A stretch of 60,841 nucleotides of DNA from Candidatus Hodarchaeota archaeon (lineage in GTDB: Archaea > Asgardarchaeota > Heimdallarchaeia > Hodarchaeales > Hodarchaeaceae): assembly GCA_016839785.1 (NCBI GenBank), contig JAEOTQ010000155.1:1-60841 (forward strand), read 5' to 3'. Below, piece after piece: positions 9,033-18,311 of the stretch. A program made the translations under genes and the position numbers. Under the pieces are notes generated by a model. That model worked only from the letters and a program-made list of their open reading frames with translations, had not been told where the DNA came from and did no database searches. Every line of letters starts with the position of its first letter. Position 1 is the stretch's first letter.

Positions 9033-9944
9033 TTAGAGATATTTGATCTCCATTGCATCATCAGGACATGCTGCAACACAATCAAGACAAAGTGTACAAT
9101 GTTCACTTCGAACTTTTTCTGGAGGGTGAGATAATATTCGTACTCCCATCGGACATACATCTTCACATATTCCACAGTGTGTACATTTGGTAATATTTCG
9201 ACCCACTCCAATCATTGAATTTTTGCCTATCTGGCCCATAATAATTCCTACTGGGCAAAACCATCGACACCAACCTCTAGGAACGTAAATAATTAGTATT
9301 AGTCCACCTGCGAAGATTATAAATCGGATCCAGAAAAATATGTCAATTTGACCCAAAGTATTCAAATTAAAGAAGCTTTCAATGCCTCCCCAGTAGAAGA
9401 GTAGGGGAATTACTGTGAATAAGAAGGTTGCGGGGCTTAAAGCTGTCCAAGGTTGCTCTGAAAAAACACCAAATGATGCCCTAATCTGTTCTGTATCTCC
9501 TAAACCAACTCCAATGCCAATTACAACTGCGACCAAAACAGTTCCTCCTGTGATAAATTCCCCAATCTGTCTGTAACTATCATTAGAATCTTTCGTAGGC
9601 TCATATTTGTTTATTTTTGAGGTTAAGAACCCAATTATATCCTGAAACAAACCGAAGGGGCAACCCCATGAGCAAAACATTCTTCCAAAAACAGCTCCTA
9701 TTATGAAAAAAAATGCTAAAGGAACTAAAGGAATAATAGCAGTAGTAAGCATACGTTGAAGAAGATCGAAAGCCCCTTCGGACGTGGTAAATATTGACTT
9801 GGGCATAACTACTGGTAAGACCAGCCAAGTTGCACCAATTAGAAAAAACGATAAGTTCATGAGTAAAAACATAATAAATTGAACAAAGATCCTTAGAAGA
9901 CGGAGTTTTGTCATATTTACTTTATCTTTCTTGTGCCATGTCAT
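9033..9944 (-). CDS. Membrane 4Fe-4S-binding protein (NapH/MauN-like)
   Basis: GRMFCSWGCPFG, RGWCRWFCPVG, two CxxCxxCxxxCP ferredoxin motifs, several TM helices. Confidence 0.9.
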   Translation of the reverse strand: MTWHKKDKVNMTKLRLLRIFVQFIMFLLMNLSFFLIGATWLVLPVVMPKSIFTTSEGAFDLLQRMLTTAIIPLVPLAFFFIIGAVFGRMFCSWGCPFGLFQDIIGFLTSKINKYEPTKDSNDSYRQIGEFITGGTVLVAVVIGIGVGLGDTEQIRASFGVFSEQPWTALSPATFLFTVIPLLFYWGGIESFFNLNTLGQIDIFFWIRFIIFAGGLILIIYVPRGWCRWFCPVGIIMGQIGKNSMIGVGRNITKCTHCGICEDVCPMGVRILSHPPEKVRSEHCTLCLDCVAACPDDAMEIKYL

Positions 9945-9953
9945 TTTGATCGC

Positions 9954-10100
9954 CTAAGGAGTGGGAATACCTGCAAGTGCGCTTGAGGTGATGTCTACTA
10001 TTAAATCGGCAATATCTCCAAATTGACCTTCCGATATTGCAGTAGCAAGGAGTATAATTCCAATACTAAAGGCAATGAAGGCTTTTGCATTACTTTTCAT
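9954..10100 (-). CDS. 48-aa single-TM peptide (absent from the ORF track)
   Basis: ATG at 10100 with GAGG RBS: MKSNAKAFIAFSIGIILLATAISEGQFGDIADLIVDITSSALAGIPTP*, ending 9 nt before the 4Fe-4S gene start. Confidence 0.65.
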   Translation of the reverse strand: MKSNAKAFIAFSIGIILLATAISEGQFGDIADLIVDITSSALAGIPTP

Positions 10101-10238
10101 TTCTAAGATTCCTCGTATGAATTATTAGAGTTATTACTGGCTTTCTCTGACGAGTTCTGACATTTTTTCACTCACCGACATTTGACTTAAGTCTTTTGAC
10201 TTAACAATATGAAGAACCCCCTCTAGCTATGAACTAAG

Positions 10239-11465
10239 CTAAAATCCCCAATCTCGGCTTTTGCTAAAGCCATACGCAACTGTCCGAACATCATTAATTC
10301 GTTTAAGGTTGGAAGGTTTTTTCATAGCTTTAAATAATAAAATTAATTTCTGTAATCTTGAAATTGTCGTAATATTCCAACCATCTAATAGCGATCCGAA
10401 TGTTTCAATATCTGTAGGTGAAAACTTGGAATATAATATTTCATGAGCTTTTTGAATTGCTGGATCAGAATAAGGAAAAGAATCAACTCGTGTTTGATAG
10501 CGGGAGAGGAACTCCTCATCAAACATTTGAGAATTGTGCGCATCAATAGCAGTTTCTCCTGCAAGCATACCTGTATGAATACCGATGGCTATTCCACCAT
10601 AGAATATAGTATTTGTCATTCCTGCGGCATCTCCTGCTGCCATGAAATTATTACAATATTTTTTAGGGATAGGTCCACTAGCAGGGATTATTCCTGCAAT
10701 TTCTTTTATTATGGTACTGTTTTTCATATTTGAATTCTGCAAATAATCAAGGAATTTTCCAAGAACTTTTTTCGGTTTCGAAGCAGTATCTGTGACAATT
10801 CCTACATTCGTGTGCGATTTTTTTGGAAAAACCCATCCGTAATGCATTTTAGGGAAATCTCTAAAGTTGAAATAGAAATCTAACGCATCAGTATGCACAC
10901 CATCAATTTTATATTCGATTCCTTGTACATACTCTGTCGGTGGAGACAAATTCATCATCTGTACACTGTGGGCTGAAGGGCCATCACATCCAATTACAAG
11001 TGGAGCCGAAAAAATATCCTTCTGGGTTCTAACTTCCAAGTTCTGATTTTTTTGATTAATTCCAATTACTTGGGACTTTAATTTGATATTTGTTCCCCGA
11101 TTTTCAGCTTCTTTTGCAAGGAGTTTATCAAATAATGGACGGTTTATTGTTACAGTATTCAAATTTGAGGTAGCAACACCAGTACTGCCGAAAAAAAAGC
11201 GTTGGGAAATAATTTCTCGTTCAATAAAAGAATCTTCTTCTTGAAATTTTAATGTCAAAGGATCTTTTTTTTGTGACACATTGGGCATATTCTCCAATGT
11301 TAATAATTTTTCTGCGGAAATCCCTTCACCGCAAGCCAGGGGGTTTCCAATTTCAGAATGCTCCTCTAAGACCAAAGTCTTTAAACTGCTATTTTTTGCA
11401 ATTGTAATGGCAGTAGAAAGACCTGTTGGGCCTCCTCCAATAATTATAACGTCAAAAGAACTCAA
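10239..11465 (-). CDS. Geranylgeranyl reductase-family FAD oxidoreductase
   Basis: DVIIIGGGPTG, CGEGIS, GCDG, YGWVFPK..NVG and GDAAG...GGI. Confidence 0.9.
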   Translation of the reverse strand: MSSFDVIIIGGGPTGLSTAITIAKNSSLKTLVLEEHSEIGNPLACGEGISAEKLLTLENMPNVSQKKDPLTLKFQEEDSFIEREIISQRFFFGSTGVATSNLNTVTINRPLFDKLLAKEAENRGTNIKLKSQVIGINQKNQNLEVRTQKDIFSAPLVIGCDGPSAHSVQMMNLSPPTEYVQGIEYKIDGVHTDALDFYFNFRDFPKMHYGWVFPKKSHTNVGIVTDTASKPKKVLGKFLDYLQNSNMKNSTIIKEIAGIIPASGPIPKKYCNNFMAAGDAAGMTNTIFYGGIAIGIHTGMLAGETAIDAHNSQMFDEEFLSRYQTRVDSFPYSDPAIQKAHEILYSKFSPTDIETFGSLLDGWNITTISRLQKLILLFKAMKKPSNLKRINDVRTVAYGFSKSRDWGF

Positions 11466-11622
11466 ACTCTCTTATCTCCACAAAACGAAGGAAGTACAAA
11501 TCCAATAATTTAGTTTTTCATCTTTTTTCCATTGTATTAACAAAATCAAAAGAAAAATCAATCATATATTCAGGGCAAATATTGAAATTTAATTCATAAT
11601 TTTACATTTATCGGGTAATCCA

Positions 11623-11949
11623 ATGTCACCCTCATCAATGCGAATCGGCAAATGCACCGTTAAGGCACAAGGAAAAGTACTCGTCCAATTGAAAGGAATT
11701 AATTTACCGAAAATTGGATCCAAAGCATTTGTTTCTTATGAAGGAAAATCAAAACCCCTTGGAGAAGTAGTCGAAGCGATTGGCTCAACTCAAAGTCCTT
11801 GGATAGTTATATCTGCAAACAAACATGCCTATCAAACTATTCAGATAAATGATGAAATTTACACTCAAGAGAAACTAAAAAGAAAGAAATCCAAAAAATA
11901 TCTTGATAAGAAAAAACGAGCCAGAGAGGAAAGATATAAGCGTAGATAA
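11623..11949 (+). CDS. gar1: H/ACA RNP subunit Gar1/Naf1-like
   Basis: PKIGSK...LGEVVEAIGSTQSPWIVI matches the Gar1 beta-barrel; basic tail; directly upstream of rps8e. Confidence 0.7.
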   Translation: MSPSSMRIGKCTVKAQGKVLVQLKGINLPKIGSKAFVSYEGKSKPLGEVVEAIGSTQSPWIVISANKHAYQTIQINDEIYTQEKLKRKKSKKYLDKKKRAREERYKRR

Positions 11950-12027
11950 GATTGCCCAAATATTGAAGAAGCCTACATAAATGGCTTTCTAATATACTCT
12001 TGCGTATAACAGTCTGAGGAGATATTA

Positions 12028-12405
12028 ATGGCACGATCACAAAAACGATCCGTCCGCAAACCTAGCGGTGGACGTTATCATACAGCAATTAAAAAGAAAA
12101 AAAGGGATTTATCACGCCCAGCTGCGCTTACAATACTTGGCGATCAACGAAGAAAAATGATAAGGACTCGTGGGGGAAATCGTAAAATACGACTTTTATC
12201 TCATAAACACGCAAATCTGTCACACCAAGACAAAAAAACATCTGAAAAAGTAGAAATACTTGACGTTGAAGCTAACCCTGCAAATAGGGATTTTGCTCGC
12301 CGAAAAATTATTACAAAGGGAGCAATTATTCAAACTGATAAAGGAAAAGCTCGTGTTACTTCTCGTCCAGGACAGAGCGGAACTGTTGATGCCATTCTTA
12401 TGTAA
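12028..12405 (+). CDS. rps8e: 30S ribosomal protein eS8
   Basis: RKPSGGR, RTRGGNRKIR, IITKGAII and VTSRPGQSG. Confidence 0.97.
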   Translation: MARSQKRSVRKPSGGRYHTAIKKKKRDLSRPAALTILGDQRRKMIRTRGGNRKIRLLSHKHANLSHQDKKTSEKVEILDVEANPANRDFARRKIITKGAIIQTDKGKARVTSRPGQSGTVDAILM

Positions 12406-12505
12406 ATGGTTCTATTAACAATTGTTCTAAGATAAGAGCACTCATTTCAAACAGGGGAGGGGAATCAATACTCCCTAATTCCTGTGGAAATTTTCCTTGA
12501 ACGAC

Positions 12506-13285
12506 TTATTCATTTTCTGATTTTTCAACATCACGTTTTCCTCTTACCCTTTTCTTCAGGAAACGCATGCTCAGCAGATATAGACCTAATATTATTATAA
12601 CAAATGCTAAAAGAATCAGGAAGAAAATGTTTAAGTCTTCTTCAGCCCATGAAACTAAACCTGCACCTAATAATATATAGAATAATACTCTGGGAACCGT
12701 TCCTATTATAGTTGGGATGAAATAACTCCAGAATCCAATTCGAGTAAATCCCGCTCCATAAGAAACTGCGTCAAATGGGATAAATGGTGCTAATCGTCCA
12801 ATTAAAACAAAATAGAATCCACGATCTTCGATTAGATCAAGGAAATATTCGGAATCTTCATCAATAAACCGTGCTAGAAAATTAGCTATTCGTGTTAGAT
12901 AAGGATTCTTTTGATTTAGTCCAGACTCTGAATCATCGCTTTTCGATCCATAAACATCCACAATCCGTTTTCTCAACAATGATTGTACTCCCCTGGCAAT
13001 ATAAAAAGCGATTATTGCACCAAGTAGAGAACCAATAATCCCTCCTATAAAAGCTAAAATTAATCCTTCGTTCCCATAGGCATTATAAAACCCAAACCCT
13101 GCCGCAGTCAATACTGCTTCTGATATAATCGGAGCTACAATGGATTGAAACACCATAGCGATAATTAAGCCCCAAACTCCGAATGTTTCGACCAAATCTA
13201 GGAGAATTTCATTCAAGGACGTCCAAATAAACAGGAATATGTCAAAAACCGGATCTAAAAAAGTCAAGAAAATATCAGTAGTCAT
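12506..13285 (-). CDS. DedA/TVP38 (VTT domain) membrane protein
   Basis: QSIVAPIISEAVLTAAG and GRLAPFIPFDAVSYGAG motifs; multiple TM helices. Confidence 0.88.
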   Translation of the reverse strand: MTTDIFLTFLDPVFDIFLFIWTSLNEILLDLVETFGVWGLIIAMVFQSIVAPIISEAVLTAAGFGFYNAYGNEGLILAFIGGIIGSLLGAIIAFYIARGVQSLLRKRIVDVYGSKSDDSESGLNQKNPYLTRIANFLARFIDEDSEYFLDLIEDRGFYFVLIGRLAPFIPFDAVSYGAGFTRIGFWSYFIPTIIGTVPRVLFYILLGAGLVSWAEEDLNIFFLILLAFVIIILGLYLLSMRFLKKRVRGKRDVEKSENE

Positions 13286-13470
13286 AGAATTCCTCTAATA
13301 ATTTAATTCAGCAGTAAAGAGAATAACTGTGCAAATTGTGCAGCCATATCATGTTAATATAAATACTTCAGAAAAGAAACATTTATCATTCACACCAGTA
13401 CGAATTATATTAATAGAAAAGATTAGGAGCTCAAATTGTATCGTGAACACAATTAGGGTGAGGTAATAAT

Positions 13471-15144
13471 TTGGAATCCGAAAAAATTGAATTACATGAA
13501 GAAGTCTTTAGAAGACGATCAAGACTTGATATGGAACGTGAAATCGAGGATTGGTTATCATTAAAGAACTTTCCCGACGAAACCCGTGTTAATCTCTCCT
13601 TGGCTGGGCGTCGATTCGTATTCCAACATAGTAGAATGCAAAAGGCTTTGGGGCCAGTTGTAAGTCGAACACAATGGTCTAGATATCGTTCAAATCCTGA
13701 AATGACCATCCCACTATCGACAATACGCATGTTGGTCGAAAATGAGCGAGAACTCTTTATGACATCGTTCACTGTCACCAGTATTGGGAATAAAAAGAGT
13801 CAACTACCAATAAAGCTTCCTGTGAAAACTGAGAGTAATTCATTAGCTAAGCTTTTAGCAGTGCTTACATTGTCCAAAAATGTTTTTCAGACAGGAACAT
13901 ATCAAACTGATCAAAGAGGGAAGATTGAGAGTTTTATCGAAACTTTTGATTCAGTGTTTGACGTGAACTTGTGTCCTGATGGCGAGATTGCACAGAATCA
14001 ACGAGGTTATTATGTTAAAATTCCCGTTCAGCTTTGTTCTGCAATTGTAAAAGCTTTTACTGGAGAATTTCAAAATAGTTTTCCCCAAATAATTCTTTCT
14101 GTTTCCAAATGCAAAGATGAACAGGATATTTTAGATTTTGTAACAATCTGGCTGAAATTCTCTAGACTGTATAGATTTGAGGGTGATGAAGAAAATCTAT
14201 TCATGTTCCGATATAATGACGAGACTCGTGAAATCGCTAAATTGATTGAGAAACTGGGGGTCAGGTATGAAACTGCGTCGATTTGGGATAGGGGTAGTGT
14301 TGTGCCAGTTTATCGGATACCAAATGTTGACGATAATAAGGTCATTTTGAATACCGCATCCTTAGTAAACAGACTGAAAGATAAAATTTTAAGCCAAGAG
14401 GCACGTATAAAGGAATTAGAAGCGATTAAGGATGATTTGGAGGTTGAACTTGAAGGGACAACACAAAGTTCTCACGAGAAACTCTCTTGGTCTAGGGCTA
14501 TTGATGAACGTCTAGCTGAAGATTTATCTGAAAAATTACTGGAATTTGAGAGAATTTTAATCCATACAAGGAAGGAAAATGAAGAATTAAAGAACCTATT
14601 GAGAGAAGGGGGAAAAGTTTCACCAGAAATTCTTGAAGAAAGATCCACCAGCACGGTATTGACATCTGATATAGCAAATCTTCGTGAGGAAGTTGATTTA
14701 ATAAAGGAACGACTTGCTAACTTAAAAGATCAGGGCGATACAAGTAAAGAGTTAAGTTACAAAGTTACTAAAGAAATCACAATGAAATCAGGGAGTAGTT
14801 CCGTTGGGATGGACATTGATCTTCGTCCCTTGGTAAAAGCGTTTTTGGCATCGCCTGATAATTGGATCCTTTTTGTTCTAGGAACCAATCAACCTTTGTC
14901 AAAGGAAAAAATAAGTCAAATTCTCGGAATTCCTGCAGAAAGGAGATTAGATTTACAAAGACGATTAAATGACTACGTTGATCGACGAATCATTAAAGTA
15001 ATCGATTCCCCAGAAGAAGAACTATATCAGCTAGACAGATGGGAATGGTCAGATCTTATCGGTTCCTATACCAATACCATATTAGGTAATAAAGAAGGTG
15101 TACCCTTAGATATCAAGCAACTTGTGCGATATATCTTGCGTTAA
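13471..15144 (+). CDS. Multidomain protein: degenerate LAGLIDADG-like N-half, long coiled coil, C-terminal wHTH
   Basis: 557-aa ORF with TTG start after GGTGAGGT; heptad repeats at about aa 300-420; C-terminal LSKEKISQILG...LNDYVDRRIIKV...YQL wHTH pattern. The domain call is tentative. Confidence 0.6.
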   Translation: MESEKIELHEEVFRRRSRLDMEREIEDWLSLKNFPDETRVNLSLAGRRFVFQHSRMQKALGPVVSRTQWSRYRSNPEMTIPLSTIRMLVENERELFMTSFTVTSIGNKKSQLPIKLPVKTESNSLAKLLAVLTLSKNVFQTGTYQTDQRGKIESFIETFDSVFDVNLCPDGEIAQNQRGYYVKIPVQLCSAIVKAFTGEFQNSFPQIILSVSKCKDEQDILDFVTIWLKFSRLYRFEGDEENLFMFRYNDETREIAKLIEKLGVRYETASIWDRGSVVPVYRIPNVDDNKVILNTASLVNRLKDKILSQEARIKELEAIKDDLEVELEGTTQSSHEKLSWSRAIDERLAEDLSEKLLEFERILIHTRKENEELKNLLREGGKVSPEILEERSTSTVLTSDIANLREEVDLIKERLANLKDQGDTSKELSYKVTKEITMKSGSSSVGMDIDLRPLVKAFLASPDNWILFVLGTNQPLSKEKISQILGIPAERRLDLQRRLNDYVDRRIIKVIDSPEEELYQLDRWEWSDLIGSYTNTILGNKEGVPLDIKQLVRYILR

Positions 15145-15185
15145 ATTATATAATAGTTAAGCATAAAGAATCTTAAGTATTAAAA

Positions 15186-15554
15186 TTACAGGTTATCAAT
15201 AATTTTCAATGCCTGCAAAAGTTCTTCTTTTTCTGAAGGTACTTTTTTTTCTCTTAGCGGAAGTTTTTCTAATTCTTCAACTGTTGTAGCAATTTCTTTT
15301 TTTTCTTGTGTTTGAAAGATTTCAGAAGTTATTTCATCTTCTGTTCTTGACATTTCAACTTTTTCAGGCATTTCTTCATGAGTTATTCTTCTTAAGGATT
15401 CTTTTATCCAATCAATCTCATTTTGAATCTTATTTATCGCTCTACTCTGAGCTTGAATCTGATCACCAAGAAGTCTCGCTACTTTGGTCAAAGTTTCAAT
15501 TTTTTTTGCATTTAAGTCCCCTTGAGACATTTTTTTCCACTTCCATTTGACCAA
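15186..15554 (-). CDS. Hypothetical coiled-coil protein with acidic linker and C-terminal amphipathic helix
   Basis: Heptads (LGDQIQAQSRAINKIQNEIDWIKESL); ends SEKEELLQALKIIDNL. The true start is probably MSQGD. Confidence 0.7.
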   Translation of the reverse strand: MVKWKWKKMSQGDLNAKKIETLTKVARLLGDQIQAQSRAINKIQNEIDWIKESLRRITHEEMPEKVEMSRTEDEITSEIFQTQEKKEIATTVEELEKLPLREKKVPSEKEELLQALKIIDNL

Positions 15555-15752
15555 GAAATGCTTCCAATCTTCGAAAATTAGGTGTTAGATTAATACTTAT
15601 CTTGGGGAATTAAAAAATTTCCTTTTGATTTTATCTATAGAGAGTAAAAAATAAGATTTTAAGATAAAAACATAAAAGATATCTATTATCATATTAAGTT
15701 ATTAGGTGATTCGCCTCTCAATGGCGTCATAGAGTACCTAGGGGTTTCCTAG

Positions 15753-18311
15753 ATGAGTAAAACCGAACCTGGAAAAATTTTTGGTCTGGAAGCGAATAAA
15801 GAATATTTATTATTAAGCACTGTATATGATGCAAAAAGTAACGGTGCAGGAATTAAGTTTCTTGATATTGAAAATGGTAAGATAGTGTATACCACAGATC
15901 CATTTAACCATGAACCGTATTGTTTAAGTAATAAATCAATTCAAGAGATTAAAGCACAGAATATCTCTCCAAATACTATTAAGAGACTTGCTACGATTAA
16001 GAAACGGGATTTATTACACGATACGATTTCCACTTATACTCAAATTTTCACTCCAACACCAAGTGAAGTTCCCAGGGTTAGAGAAATTTTAGGAGAAACA
16101 TGGGAATCCAGAATAAAATATCATCGCAACTGGCTCTATGATCAACAATTAGTACCAGGGAGAATTTATACGTGGAATGAGGAAACAAGGAAGTTTTCTA
16201 TTCCTAAAACTAGAAAATCGGATTTATCACTTCCTCAGGCCGTAATAGCTCAGCTAGACGAATATGAAGGACTTTTAGAAAATTTCATTTATGATTTCAC
16301 CCAAGAGATACCAGAAATCGGCATTGTGTCTTGTGATATAGAGACAGAATATGCTGAAAACCAGATTCCTCAAGCATCCGATCCAAGACATAGAATCACC
16401 TGCATCTGTTTTTCTGATAATTCCAATAACGCATTCGCTCTTGTTCTAGAGAGGGAAGAGGTAGATAAAGGTCAAGAAATTGATAATGATTCGCAAACTA
16501 TCAATATTATTCGATTTAAAAACGAAGCAGAATTATTGAAGAAAGCTTTTGAAATACTGGATCAATATCCAGTTTGCGTAACATTTAATGGGGATAATTT
16601 CGATTTTCCTTACTTAAATGAGCGTGCACGAGAACTTAAAGTAAATAATTTTAGTCCTGTAATATGGAATAGAAGGAATAGAGAGTGTACGTTAAGAAAT
16701 GGGATTCATCTTGATCTTTATAGATTTTTTCAGAATGTAGCCATTCGTACTTATGCTTTTGGGAATAAATACCAAGAGACTACTCTAGATGCAATTGCAT
16801 CAGCATTATTAGGTGTAGGAAAAGTTAAACTCCAGAAAGAAATAGCAGATCTTACAGAATGGGAGTTAATACATTATTGCGCAAGAGACGCAAAAATCAC
16901 TCGTGATCTTCTCCTATTTGATAATAATACTCCACTAAAATTAATATTCATGCTATCTCGAATAACTCGTACCCCCATTGATGATTTGACAAGAACAGCT
17001 GTCTCGAATTGGGTACAAAGTCTTTTCTATTCTGAACATCGCCGTAGAGAATACTTAATACCTAATTCAGAAGATATTCAAAAAGAAAAAAGTCAGTTTA
17101 GAAGCTCTGAATCCATCATCAAAGGAAAGAAATACAAGGGCGCGACTGTTATAGATCCAATTCCAGGAGTTCATTTCAATGTAACTGTTTTGGATTTTGC
17201 TTCTCTTTACCCTTCTATCATTAGTGCTTTTAATTTGAGTTACGAAACAATATTATGTAATCATTCTGAATGTAAACAGAATCTTGTACCTCAAACAAAA
17301 TATTGGGTGTGTAAGAAACATCGCGGTATTATTGCGGATACTATCGGGTTTATAAAAGACGTTCGAGTTCATTGGTTAAAACCTGAATCAAAAAAGGACA
17401 CTAGTCAACAAGATTATTATAAAATCCTTGAACGAAGTCTCAAAGTTCTGATTAATGCCTCTTACGGTGTTTTAGGAAGTGATCGTTTTCTCCTATATTG
17501 TCTACCTGTTGCTGATTCTACTACAGCGTATGGAAGAGATTCCATTGAACGAACTATTGCGAAGGCTCAAAGTTTAGATATTAAAGTTCTTTATGGTGAT
17601 ACAGACTCAGTTTTTCTATTAGCTCCCTCCCCAGAACAAATAGTGGAAATAATAAATTGGAGTCAAACCTCTCTGGGAGTTGGTCTTGAGGTAGAAAAGA
17701 CTTATCGATATGTAGTGTTATCACAACGCAAGAAAAATTACTTTGGTGTCTATCCCAATTCAGAACTTGATGTAAAAGGGTTAATGGGAAAAAAGCGAAA
17801 TACACCTCCGTTTCTTCAGAAAGCGTTCAAAAATGTATTAGAGATATTATCCAAGGTTAAATCGGAACCAGAGTTTGACGCTGCTCAAACTCGTGTTAAA
17901 GAGAATATTCGCGATGTGTATCGAAAATTAGAAAAAGGTAAATATTCAAATGAGGATCTTGCAATTACTATGCAAATGACACAGCATTTACATAAGTATG
18001 CAGTAAATGCACAACATGTAAAAGCTGCTTGGCAGCTAGAAGAGATGTATCAGAGGCAAAACCATAATAAACCTCTGAATAAATCAGTTCCAGCTGAGTT
18101 TATTAAATCTGGACGTTTTATTCGTTTTGTAAAAACGAAAACTCCAGATAGAGTCACTGCATTAGAACTAATGTCACAAAAATCCAAGATTGATGTAAAA
18201 GCCTATAGATCAATGATTGATACAATTTTTGAGCAGTTAATAGGGGCATTAGATATCGAGATGGAAGAACTATCAACTGGTCAAGTTAATCTTATGGAAT
18301 TCTTCAGCTAA
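15753..18311 (+). CDS. polB1: Family B DNA polymerase, PolB1 type
   Basis: ExoI DIETE, ExoII FNGDNFDFPYL, YKGATV, DFASLYPSII, KVLINASYG and YGDTDS. The N-terminal LLSTVYD...GIKFLD domain is of the PolB1 type. No intein. Confidence 0.93.
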   Translation: MSKTEPGKIFGLEANKEYLLLSTVYDAKSNGAGIKFLDIENGKIVYTTDPFNHEPYCLSNKSIQEIKAQNISPNTIKRLATIKKRDLLHDTISTYTQIFTPTPSEVPRVREILGETWESRIKYHRNWLYDQQLVPGRIYTWNEETRKFSIPKTRKSDLSLPQAVIAQLDEYEGLLENFIYDFTQEIPEIGIVSCDIETEYAENQIPQASDPRHRITCICFSDNSNNAFALVLEREEVDKGQEIDNDSQTINIIRFKNEAELLKKAFEILDQYPVCVTFNGDNFDFPYLNERARELKVNNFSPVIWNRRNRECTLRNGIHLDLYRFFQNVAIRTYAFGNKYQETTLDAIASALLGVGKVKLQKEIADLTEWELIHYCARDAKITRDLLLFDNNTPLKLIFMLSRITRTPIDDLTRTAVSNWVQSLFYSEHRRREYLIPNSEDIQKEKSQFRSSESIIKGKKYKGATVIDPIPGVHFNVTVLDFASLYPSIISAFNLSYETILCNHSECKQNLVPQTKYWVCKKHRGIIADTIGFIKDVRVHWLKPESKKDTSQQDYYKILERSLKVLINASYGVLGSDRFLLYCLPVADSTTAYGRDSIERTIAKAQSLDIKVLYGDTDSVFLLAPSPEQIVEIINWSQTSLGVGLEVEKTYRYVVLSQRKKNYFGVYPNSELDVKGLMGKKRNTPPFLQKAFKNVLEILSKVKSEPEFDAAQTRVKENIRDVYRKLEKGKYSNEDLAITMQMTQHLHKYAVNAQHVKAAWQLEEMYQRQNHNKPLNKSVPAEFIKSGRFIRFVKTKTPDRVTALELMSQKSKIDVKAYRSMIDTIFEQLIGALDIEMEELSTGQVNLMEFFS

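Noticed and set aside
13471-14400. Active intein or homing endonuclease (mobile element)
   Set aside because: No N-terminal Cys/Ser or C-terminal His-Asn splice motifs, no host extein, and the catalytic acidic residues are missing. Kept only as a domestication hypothesis.
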